Source: Eggerthellaceae bacterium (GTDB taxonomy: Bacteria > Actinomycetota > Coriobacteriia > Coriobacteriales > Eggerthellaceae). From it: a DNA stretch of 40,951 nt. Both the position numbers and the translations under genes were made by a program. How positions within the stretch are numbered: position 1 is the stretch's first letter; the number at the start of each line of letters is the position of its first letter. This document shows positions 18,144 to 26,013 of the stretch, one piece after another. A model generated the notes under the pieces. The model was not told the origin of the DNA, ran no database searches, and was given only the letters and a program-made list of their open reading frames with translations. The stretch is taken from the NCBI GenBank assembly GCA_030533105.1, contig JAUNJT010000003.1:1-40951 (forward strand), given 5' to 3'.

Positions 18144-18149
18144 ATTATA
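18144..18149 (-). promoter_or_regulatory. Candidate -10 box (TATAAT on minus strand) for the ogt operon
   Basis: The minus strand reads TTTGTA-TATAAT-CCAATG. Its position implies a leader of about 45 nt to TTG 18089, and would exclude the 18197 start. Confidence 0.3.
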
Positions 18150-18245
18150 TACAAATCTAGACGCGCGCATGTCGCTGCTGCATAATCGTTTTGCCAACCC
18201 AATCGTTACGAAACCCGCAGTGCCGATGCCTGTCGAAGGGACATC

Positions 18246-18908
18246 ATGACCCGCTCACGCAAACGCATGATAGTTGCCATCGTGGTGAACATCCTCGTGT
18301 TCGCAGTCGAGGCATATGCCATGTACCGCGGTATCAAAAAGAACGGGCCTTTCGGCAATTTCATCTTCTATACCGAATGCTCGAATCTATTTGCGGGTAT
18401 CGTATGCGCGATGTGCGCAGTCGCGGAAGTCCGCGCATTGCGCGCGGGGACCGAGATCAGCCGCACGATGCGCTGGCTCAAATATATGGCGAGTTGCGTT
18501 TTGCTCATGACGCTGTTCGTTGTGACGTTCATTCTCGTGCCGATGTTGGTGAATGCAGGTTATCCAGGCTTTTATATGATGTACGTCGATGGCGTGAAGT
18601 CTGTGACACATCTTGGCGCACCTTTGGTCGTGACGATATCATACGTGCTGTTCGAGGCCGACCGCACAATGACCTTCAAACAGAGTCTCATTGGCTTTGC
18701 GCCGACGCTTGCATATGCGGCAGTAGCGTATCCGTGCAACATCATGCGCTTATGGGACGGCCCATATCCGTTCTTCCAAGTGTGGAATATGCCGGTTTGG
18801 CAATCGATTCTATGGTTTATCGCGCTATTCATCCTCGCGGTCGGCCTGTGCCAAATCCCACGCCTGCTTGCGCGAAAGCACGTTCCACGTCAGGGTGGTT
18901 TCTCGTAG
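18246..18908 (+). CDS. Integral membrane protein, about 6 TM, function unknown
   Basis: 220-aa ORF, uniformly hydrophobic with short loops. GAAGGGA SD. It may belong to a Pr6Pr/AIG1-like family, but this is a weak recollection only. Confidence 0.6.
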   Translation: MTRSRKRMIVAIVVNILVFAVEAYAMYRGIKKNGPFGNFIFYTECSNLFAGIVCAMCAVAEVRALRAGTEISRTMRWLKYMASCVLLMTLFVVTFILVPMLVNAGYPGFYMMYVDGVKSVTHLGAPLVVTISYVLFEADRTMTFKQSLIGFAPTLAYAAVAYPCNIMRLWDGPYPFFQVWNMPVWQSILWFIALFILAVGLCQIPRLLARKHVPRQGGFS

Positions 18909-18921
18909 AAAGGGGCTTGAG

Positions 18922-19461
18922 GTGAAGGAATTCGCTGAGAAGGATTACAAGATCTTCGAGCTGTTCGAGAAGGAATGGGCGCTTGCAACGGCGGGAAACC
19001 TTGAACACTTCAACTCCTGCACCATAGCTTGGGGCATGCTCGGCACCACTTGGGTGAAGCCCGGAAACGGCGGCGAGGTTGCGACTATATTCCTGTACCC
19101 TACACGCTATACGCTCGAATTCGTGCAGCAAAGCGACCAGTTCACAATCAGCTTCTTCCCGAAAGGCTTCAAGAAGATGCTCGGCTATATGGGCTCGCAT
19201 TCCGGGCGCGATGGCAATAAAGCGGCAGCGTGCGGCCTAACGCCCATCGCCATGGGCGAGAGCGTAACCTATGAGGAAGCGAATCTGACCTTCTTATGCA
19301 AAAAGCTCTATCAGCATCAGATCGTGAAAGAGGACCTCGTACCGGAGATCCAAGAGTTCTACGCAGCCCAGCCAGGTATTTTCCCGCGTGATGATGACGG
19401 CGAATGGCAGACGCACTGGGTCTTCGTCGGTAGGATCATCGACGTGAATGACAAGCGCTAG
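18922..19461 (+). CDS. Flavin reductase-like (FMN-binding split-barrel) family protein
   Basis: Start moved to GTG 18922 (GAAAGGGG SD), which avoids overlap with the upstream gene. EWALATAGNLEHFNSCTIAWGMLG... resembles the Flavin_Reduct domain (from memory). Confidence 0.6.
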   Translation: MKEFAEKDYKIFELFEKEWALATAGNLEHFNSCTIAWGMLGTTWVKPGNGGEVATIFLYPTRYTLEFVQQSDQFTISFFPKGFKKMLGYMGSHSGRDGNKAAACGLTPIAMGESVTYEEANLTFLCKKLYQHQIVKEDLVPEIQEFYAAQPGIFPRDDDGEWQTHWVFVGRIIDVNDKR

Positions 19462-19476
19462 ATCCGGGGAATAGCC

Positions 19477-20109
19477 ATGGCATTCGATTTCAAGAAGGAA
19501 TACAAGGAATTCTATGCTCCAAAGGCAAAGCCGAGCATCGTTAACGTACCAAGCATGAATTTCATTGCCGTGCGCGGTCGCGGCGATCCCAACCAAGAGG
19601 ACGGCGAATACAAGCAGGCAATCAATCTTTTGTACGGCATTGCATTCACCATCAAGATGAGCAAAAAGGGCGACCATAGCATCGAGGGCTATTTCGATTA
19701 TGTCGTACCACCGCTCGAGGGTTTCTGGTGGCAAGATGGCATTTCGGGCATCGATTATGCGCGCAAGGACGTTTTCAGCTGGATCTCGGTCATCCGTCTA
19801 CCCGATTTCGTGACGAAAGCGGATTTCGATTGGGCCATCGAAGAGGCTTCCCGCAAGAAGAAAACCGACTTCTCGAAGGTCGAATTCTTTACGTACGACG
19901 AGGGACTATGCGTGCAATGCATGCACATCGGCCCGTACGATGACGAGCCGGCAACCGTTGAACTCATGCACGAGTTCGCAGCGCAGCAAGGTTATGAACC
20001 CGACATATCCGACCAGCGATTCCATCACGAAATCTATTTGAGCGATGCACGCAAGGTTGCGCCCGAAAGGCTGAAGACGGTCATCAGGCATCCGATTCGC
20101 TCACGATGA
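19477..20109 (+). CDS. GyrI-like small-molecule-binding domain protein
   Basis: 210 aa. DFKKEYKEFYAPKAKPSIVNVPSMNFIAVRGRGDPN, PPLEGFWW, CMHIGPYDDEPATV and HHEIYLSDARK match the very conserved standalone GyrI-like family. Confidence 0.85.
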   Translation: MAFDFKKEYKEFYAPKAKPSIVNVPSMNFIAVRGRGDPNQEDGEYKQAINLLYGIAFTIKMSKKGDHSIEGYFDYVVPPLEGFWWQDGISGIDYARKDVFSWISVIRLPDFVTKADFDWAIEEASRKKKTDFSKVEFFTYDEGLCVQCMHIGPYDDEPATVELMHEFAAQQGYEPDISDQRFHHEIYLSDARKVAPERLKTVIRHPIRSR

Positions 20110-20114
20110 GCGCG

Positions 20115-21317
20115 CTAGAGCTTCTTGCGGCGTGCGCGATAGGCTTCCATCGGTTCGATGCGCACACCGCGCTTGTTCGCGCTGACAGCGAGATTACCTT
20201 GGATGTTGGTGACGTAGCCGCTGCGAATCGTATCGCCGTCCCACGCATCGAGCACTGCCTGCACAGATGCGTTCTCCACACGCATCTCTTCAGGAAGAAT
20301 CATGCTCAGCACATCGAAAACCGCGCGGCGACGGATGACGAGCTCTTCTGCTCCAAACATAGGGGCAATGACGCATCCAGCCGAGTAGTCGGGCGCATCA
20401 TCGCCCTCGTTAACCACTGCAAGGCGCGTGTCAGGCAAGATGCCTCCCATGATGTCGAGCAAGGGATCCGAAGATGGTGCAGTCCAGTTCACGTGCGTGC
20501 GGATTGCCTGTTCGGCAAGATTCTCCAGGTGCGCATCCTCGTCGGCGACCAAATCCATGGTACGGCATAAGGTTTCGAACAGATTCGGGTTCTTTTCAAG
20601 CGCTAAGGGAATCATGGTGCTGCGGACGTATGCGCGGAAGTATTCGGTATCGTCATTCGTGGCATCTTCACGCCATAGGGCGCCTTCATCATCCGTGACG
20701 GTGATGCGATCAGCATCGCCTGCGCGTGCTTCAAGATAGTTGCGAATCTCGTCGCGTGATACGCCGAGCAGCGGGCGGATGACATTGCCCGTATGCCACG
20801 TCATGCCTGCCAAGCCGCCTGGACCCGTGCCTACGATGGAGCGCATATAGAAATTCTCAACGCGATCGTTCTGCGTATGGGCAACGCAGATGCGTCCTTC
20901 CTCATAGGGGACGCTCTCGTGGATGCATATGCTCTGCAGTGCTTCGCGGGCTGCTGCGTAACGTTCGCGGCGGGCAATCGCCTCGAGGTTACCGCCTTCG
21001 CTCGCAACGAGTGCGGGGATGTCGATGGAGCATGTGAATAAGGGAATGGCGAGCGCATCTGCGAGCGCCTCGACGAATCGCTGATCGTCATCGGCTTGCT
21101 GTCCGCGAATGCAATGGTTCACATGGAGCATCGCAAGAGGGCCGATTTCGCCTTGTTGCGCAAGCTCATGCATCACGTAGGCGAGACCGCATGAGTCTGA
21201 ACCGCCCGACACCATGAGCAGAAGCGGGTTTGTCTTATCCGCAAGACCATGATCTACAAGTGCTTGAAGGGCCTTTTCTTCAATGCTTTGTGTATTCTTA
21301 TTCACGCTCGTCTCCAT
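20115..21317 (-). CDS. tilS: tRNA(Ile)-lysidine synthase
   Basis: Start moved from 21686 to ATG 21317 (METSVNKNTQ...). PP-loop LLMVSGGSDSCGL. About 400 aa. The longer ORF would overlap the divergent ABC gene. Confidence 0.88.
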   Translation of the reverse strand: METSVNKNTQSIEEKALQALVDHGLADKTNPLLLMVSGGSDSCGLAYVMHELAQQGEIGPLAMLHVNHCIRGQQADDDQRFVEALADALAIPLFTCSIDIPALVASEGGNLEAIARRERYAAAREALQSICIHESVPYEEGRICVAHTQNDRVENFYMRSIVGTGPGGLAGMTWHTGNVIRPLLGVSRDEIRNYLEARAGDADRITVTDDEGALWREDATNDDTEYFRAYVRSTMIPLALEKNPNLFETLCRTMDLVADEDAHLENLAEQAIRTHVNWTAPSSDPLLDIMGGILPDTRLAVVNEGDDAPDYSAGCVIAPMFGAEELVIRRRAVFDVLSMILPEEMRVENASVQAVLDAWDGDTIRSGYVTNIQGNLAVSANKRGVRIEPMEAYRARRKKL

Positions 21318-21392
21318 TGTTTTGCAAAGCAGGTACAATATTACGGTTGCACGGTTTGCATTATACGCATACTGACTAGGAAGCAGACTGAC

Positions 21393-24300
21393 ATGCTCGA
21401 ACTCAAGCATCTTCGTAAAGCATACGAGACAGGTTCGTTCACGCAAGTTGCTCTTGATGATGTATCCATCTCTTTCCGCGATAACGAATTCGTCGCAATC
21501 CTCGGACCGTCTGGCTCGGGCAAGACGACGTTGCTCAACGTGGTTGGCGGCCTTGATCAATGCGATAGCGGCGATCTGGTCATCGATGGCGTATCCACGA
21601 AGGAATACAAGGACCGCGACTGGGATACCTATCGCAATAACCGCATCGGCTTCGTGTTCCAAAGCTACAATCTGATCCCGCATCAAACGGTGCTTTCGAA
21701 CGTTGAGCTTGCGTTGACGTTATCAGGTGTCGATCGAGATGAGCGCCGCCAGCGCGCAGCCGAAGCGCTCGACCGCGTTGGTCTTACCGAACATATCCAT
21801 AAGAAGCCCGCTCAATTGTCAGGTGGGCAGATGCAACGTGTAGCCATTGCGCGTGCATTGGTGAATAACCCCGACATCCTGTTGGCCGACGAGCCGACAG
21901 GCGCGCTTGACTCGACGACGAGCGTGCAGATCATGGACCTGCTCACCGAGATCGCGAATGACCGTCTGGTCATCATGGTCACGCACAATCCAGAACTTGC
22001 AGAACAGTATGCCAATCGCATTGTCAACCTGCGCGATGGCAGGATCGAGTCCGATACCAACCCGTTCAACCCCGCCGTCGAGCTTACGAGTCCGGCGGAG
22101 CATCCTGTGCGCAAGACTTCCATGTCGTTTTTGACTGCGCTTGCCCTTTCATTCAACAACCTGATGACCAAAAAGGGCCGTACCATCATGACGGCTTTCG
22201 CAGGGTCGATCGGCATCATCGGCATTGCCGCCATCCTTTCGCTTGCCAATGGTGTGAACAACTACATCGCTTCAGTCGAGGAAGAGACGCTTTCGGAGTA
22301 TCCTCTGCAAATCCTGAGTTCGGGTTTCGATATGACCTCGATGCTCGCGCGCAACGTCGAGCAGGAGGAGAAATCCGATGAGGAGAAAAAGAAGGAGCAA
22401 GAAGCGCGCCAAGCATATATGGAGGAGAATAAGGATAAGGTGCGCGTCTCGAGGCTGTTGACCAGCATGTTCTCCCGTATCGGCACGAATGACCTCGCTT
22501 CGCTCAAAGTCTATCTCGATAGCGGCGAGGCCGGCATCGACGAGGATGTTCGCGCCATAGAATACTCGTACAACATCGAGCCGCAAATCTTTTTGTCTGA
22601 TATCTCGGATGGTGCACGCCAGGTCAATCCGGACACCACATTCAAGGCGTTCGGTTTAGGGTCGGGTAGCAGCAACAGCCTCATGTCGATGATGTACAGC
22701 AGCGATGTGTTCTTCCAGATGCCCGAGGACGAGGACCTCTACATCAATCAATACGATGTGGTTGCAGGACGTTGGCCTGAGAACTACAACGAGTGCGTGC
22801 TCGTGATGAGCGGCAGCGGCTATATCAGCGATTACATGCTTTATGCGCTCGGCTTGCGTGATTCTCAGGAAATGAAGGACATGATCAACGACTTCATGGC
22901 CGAGAAAGTGGTTGAGACGCCAACCGATATCCGCAACTACGACTACAGCGAAATCGTCGGCATCACATTCAAGGTCGTCGATGCGAGCGACTACTATCAG
23001 TACGATTCGACGTACGGTGTCTGGAAGGACAAGACCACTGATTCCGAGTACATGAAATCGTTGGTCAGCGAGGGCGAGGACCTCAAGATCGTCGGCATCG
23101 TCAAACGTGCCGAAGGGAAGGACATCGCGATGCTCCGAGCGGGTGTGAACTATCCGTATTCGCTCACTTTGCATCTGATGGATAACGCTTCGAAGAGCCG
23201 GATCGTGCAAGAACAACTCGCAGACGAGACCGTTGATGTCATCACGGGAAAGACCTTTGCGGACGAGGCGAACGAATCGCGGAGCGGCTTCGATATGAAT
23301 TCGCTGTTCACCATCGATTCCTCGGCTTTCGCAAATGCGTTCCAGATCGACACGGGCGCCCTGAATTTCGATCCGTCGAGTTTGGAGAATGTCATATCGT
23401 CCTCCGATTTGCCCGCGTTCCCGCAGATTACGCCCGATGCGTTCAGCGGCTTGGACATCAACGTCGATAGTTCCACGGCTGAAGCGCTCACGCAGGCTGG
23501 TGCGTTCTTGCTGACGCAGTTCATCTACACGCATCCTAATGTGAATCTCCAAACCTTGCCGAGCGAGTTCGCAGCATGGTTGACGGACGATTCGTCGATC
23601 GTCTCGGTATCGATCGAGGGAGCGACCGTCAATATGACGGTGCGCGACTATCTCGGCATGGTCGTGTCGGAGGCGGCAGGGCTTGATTCCCTGCCTGACA
23701 GCATCGCGGCAGCTCTTTCAAATTACCTCTCGAATGCGATGGCGGGATATGCAGAGCAGCTCACTTCGGTCATCATGTCGAAAACGTACTCTGTCATTGC
23801 CGACCAGATGGGCGACACCATGTCGAATGCCATCAACTACAATCCGAGCGCTCTTGCCAATGCGTTCTCGTTCAACTTAGGCGAGGAGGATCTTTCCGAG
23901 ATCATCTCGTCGATGATGAATGCCGAGGAACGCACCTACGGCAATAATCTCAAGAGTTTCGGCTACGCCAACGTTGATGAGCCGTCTTCCATCTCGATTT
24001 ATCCGAGGAGCTTTGAAAGCAAAGAAGTGGTGACCAATGCGCTGACGGCATATAACGAAGAGATGGAAGCAACGGGGCAGGACGAGAAGGTCATCTCATA
24101 CACCGATATCGTCGGCGTGCTCATGAGCTCGGTGACCGAGATCGTCGATATGATCTCGGCGGTGCTCATCGCGTTCGTTGCCATCTCGCTTGTCGTCTCG
24201 TCCATCATGATCGGCGTCATCACCTACATCAGCGTGCTCGAGCGGAAGAAGGAGATCGGCATCTTGCGCGCTATGGGAGCGAGCAAGCGCGATATCAGCC

Positions 24301-24554
24301 ATGTGTTCAACGCGGAGACGGTCATCGAGGGACTGATTGCCGGCATCTTGGGCATCGTGGTCACCGCGATATTGTGCATACCCGCCAATGCTATCGTGAA
24401 GGCAACGTATGACGTTGAGAACATCGCCATCCTACCTGTAAGCGGGGCGCTCATCCTCATCGTGATCAGTGTCGTGCTGACGTTCATCGCAGGCCTGATT
24501 CCGTCGTCTGCGGCGAGCCGTAAGGATCCTGTCGAGGCGCTGCGGAGCGAATAA
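21393..24554 (+). CDS. Fused ABC transporter ATP-binding protein/permease, MacB/FtsX type, with very large extracytoplasmic domain
   Basis: Start at ATG 21393 (MLELKHLRKAYETG). GPSGSGKTTLLN, LSGGQMQRVAIARAL, LLADEPTGALD. TM1 near nt 22180-22250. The FtsX-type C-terminal TM bundle starts at about nt 24130 (ERKKEIGILRAMGA). Confidence 0.9.
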   Translation: MLELKHLRKAYETGSFTQVALDDVSISFRDNEFVAILGPSGSGKTTLLNVVGGLDQCDSGDLVIDGVSTKEYKDRDWDTYRNNRIGFVFQSYNLIPHQTVLSNVELALTLSGVDRDERRQRAAEALDRVGLTEHIHKKPAQLSGGQMQRVAIARALVNNPDILLADEPTGALDSTTSVQIMDLLTEIANDRLVIMVTHNPELAEQYANRIVNLRDGRIESDTNPFNPAVELTSPAEHPVRKTSMSFLTALALSFNNLMTKKGRTIMTAFAGSIGIIGIAAILSLANGVNNYIASVEEETLSEYPLQILSSGFDMTSMLARNVEQEEKSDEEKKKEQEARQAYMEENKDKVRVSRLLTSMFSRIGTNDLASLKVYLDSGEAGIDEDVRAIEYSYNIEPQIFLSDISDGARQVNPDTTFKAFGLGSGSSNSLMSMMYSSDVFFQMPEDEDLYINQYDVVAGRWPENYNECVLVMSGSGYISDYMLYALGLRDSQEMKDMINDFMAEKVVETPTDIRNYDYSEIVGITFKVVDASDYYQYDSTYGVWKDKTTDSEYMKSLVSEGEDLKIVGIVKRAEGKDIAMLRAGVNYPYSLTLHLMDNASKSRIVQEQLADETVDVITGKTFADEANESRSGFDMNSLFTIDSSAFANAFQIDTGALNFDPSSLENVISSSDLPAFPQITPDAFSGLDINVDSSTAEALTQAGAFLLTQFIYTHPNVNLQTLPSEFAAWLTDDSSIVSVSIEGATVNMTVRDYLGMVVSEAAGLDSLPDSIAAALSNYLSNAMAGYAEQLTSVIMSKTYSVIADQMGDTMSNAINYNPSALANAFSFNLGEEDLSEIISSMMNAEERTYGNNLKSFGYANVDEPSSISIYPRSFESKEVVTNALTAYNEEMEATGQDEKVISYTDIVGVLMSSVTEIVDMISAVLIAFVAISLVVSSIMIGVITYISVLERKKEIGILRAMGASKRDISHVFNAETVIEGLIAGILGIVVTAILCIPANAIVKATYDVENIAILPVSGALILIVISVVLTFIAGLIPSSAASRKDPVEALRSE

Positions 24555-24565
24555 GGGAGCTTGGA

Positions 24566-25240
24566 ATGATTAACGAGCAGCGTGCGAAAGAAGCAGGCGA
24601 GCAGGCGAATGCGCCAACGGCTCCTGCGCTTCATATCGTGCTCGCAAGTAAGAGCCCCCGTCGAAAGGAGTTGCTCGAACAGGCAGGCGTTCATTTCATC
24701 GTGCATGCGAGCGAAGCCGATGAGACACTTGATGAGGCGCTCCAGAACGATCCTGCGGCGGCTGCCGGAGTCCTTGCGGAGCGCAAGGCTGGCGCTGTAG
24801 TGCAGGAGCTGCTTGCGCAAAAGCCCCTGGAAGCATGGGTTGTCATCGGCGCAGACACCATGGTGGTGCTTGATGGCGAGGTATTCGGAAAGCCGCGCAA
24901 CCTTTCACAGGCGAAGCATATGCTCCGTGCGCTTTCGGGAGCAACGCATGAGGTCATGACCGGTGTGAGCGTGTGGCTCGTGAACGGTGACGCCGACGGA
25001 AAGGTTTCGGTTGGCAAGAAGACCTTCACCGATATCAGCAAGGTGACGTTCCATGAGCTCTCTGACGAGCAGATCGACGAGTACCTGAAAATGGGCGAAT
25101 CCTTCGATAAGGCAGGCGCGTATGCGGTGCAAGGTCACGCTGCTTCGTTCGTCTCAGGTATCGAAGGCGCAGTCGATACGGTTATCGGCCTGCCTGTGGG
25201 ACGGTTGCTCGAAGAGTTTCCAGATCTCTTGCGCGCCTAA
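24566..25240 (+). CDS. maf: Maf-like nucleoside triphosphate pyrophosphatase
   Basis: 224 aa. VLASKSPRRKELL, GADTMVV, DKAGAYAVQG. Confidence 0.9.
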   Translation: MINEQRAKEAGEQANAPTAPALHIVLASKSPRRKELLEQAGVHFIVHASEADETLDEALQNDPAAAAGVLAERKAGAVVQELLAQKPLEAWVVIGADTMVVLDGEVFGKPRNLSQAKHMLRALSGATHEVMTGVSVWLVNGDADGKVSVGKKTFTDISKVTFHELSDEQIDEYLKMGESFDKAGAYAVQGHAASFVSGIEGAVDTVIGLPVGRLLEEFPDLLRA

Positions 25241-25448
25241 GCCATCGGCATCTCGCATACATTGATTCAGATTTCCCATGGAATTATCGTGGCTCCAAGA
25301 ATACATGAGGCGGTATCGCGCACAGAATGATGGCCGAGCATGATACACTATGCGGTTAGGTGTGTCCTGGTGTGCGATGGACGCATTAGCGGTATGTGTT
25401 TGTCGAAGGGCGCAGGCTCTTTCGGCGTGGTAAGGAAATGAGTGTAGT

Positions 25449-26000
25449 ATGCATCCCGATGTCAAAAGTATCCTGTATTCGGAAGAAGAGCTATCCCAGC
25501 GCGTTCGCGAAATGGGTGCGTTGATCACCGAGCGCTTTGCCGATACGGCGAACGAAAATGGCATCGTGGTGATCTCGGTTTTGCGCGGTGCGGCGATTTT
25601 CGTCGCAGATCTCGTCCGTTGCATCGATCTGCCACTCGAGATGGACTACATGGCGCTTTCCTCGTATGGCAATGAGGCGACGAGTTCTGGCAGGGTTCGT
25701 ATCGAGAAGGATCTCTCGACTTCCATTGAAGGTCGTCATGTGGTCATCGCGGAGGATATCATCGATTCCGGTCAAACCCTTCAGTATCTCATTCCGCTTC
25801 TCAAGAAGCGCAATCCTACAAGCATCGACGTGGTTGCGCTGCTTCACAAGGAGGTCGAAGGCCAAATCCCCGTCGAGTGCCTATGTACGGGCTTCGAATG
25901 CCCGAACGAGTTCGTCGTGGGCTATGGGCTCGATTACGCACAGAAGTACCGCAATCTTCCCTATATCGGGATTTTGAAACCTGAAGTCTATCAGAAGTAG
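25449..26000 (+). CDS. hpt: Hypoxanthine phosphoribosyltransferase
   Basis: 183 aa. PRPP motif VVIAEDIIDSGQTL. EFVVGYGLDY. Confidence 0.95.
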   Translation: MHPDVKSILYSEEELSQRVREMGALITERFADTANENGIVVISVLRGAAIFVADLVRCIDLPLEMDYMALSSYGNEATSSGRVRIEKDLSTSIEGRHVVIAEDIIDSGQTLQYLIPLLKKRNPTSIDVVALLHKEVEGQIPVECLCTGFECPNEFVVGYGLDYAQKYRNLPYIGILKPEVYQK

Positions 26001-26013
26001 GATCAGAAACCTT

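Noticed and set aside
21249-21686. Mutually overlapping 5' extensions of the divergent tilS (to 21686) and ABC (from 21249) track ORFs.
   Set aside because: The extensions run through each other and through the promoter region and encode non-homologous sequence. The internal ATGs at 21317 and 21393 give canonical N-termini.
22656-23552. 298-aa minus-strand ORF inside the large ABC fusion gene.
   Set aside because: It is an antisense shadow. The plus-strand frame is continuous from the ATPase through the FtsX domain.
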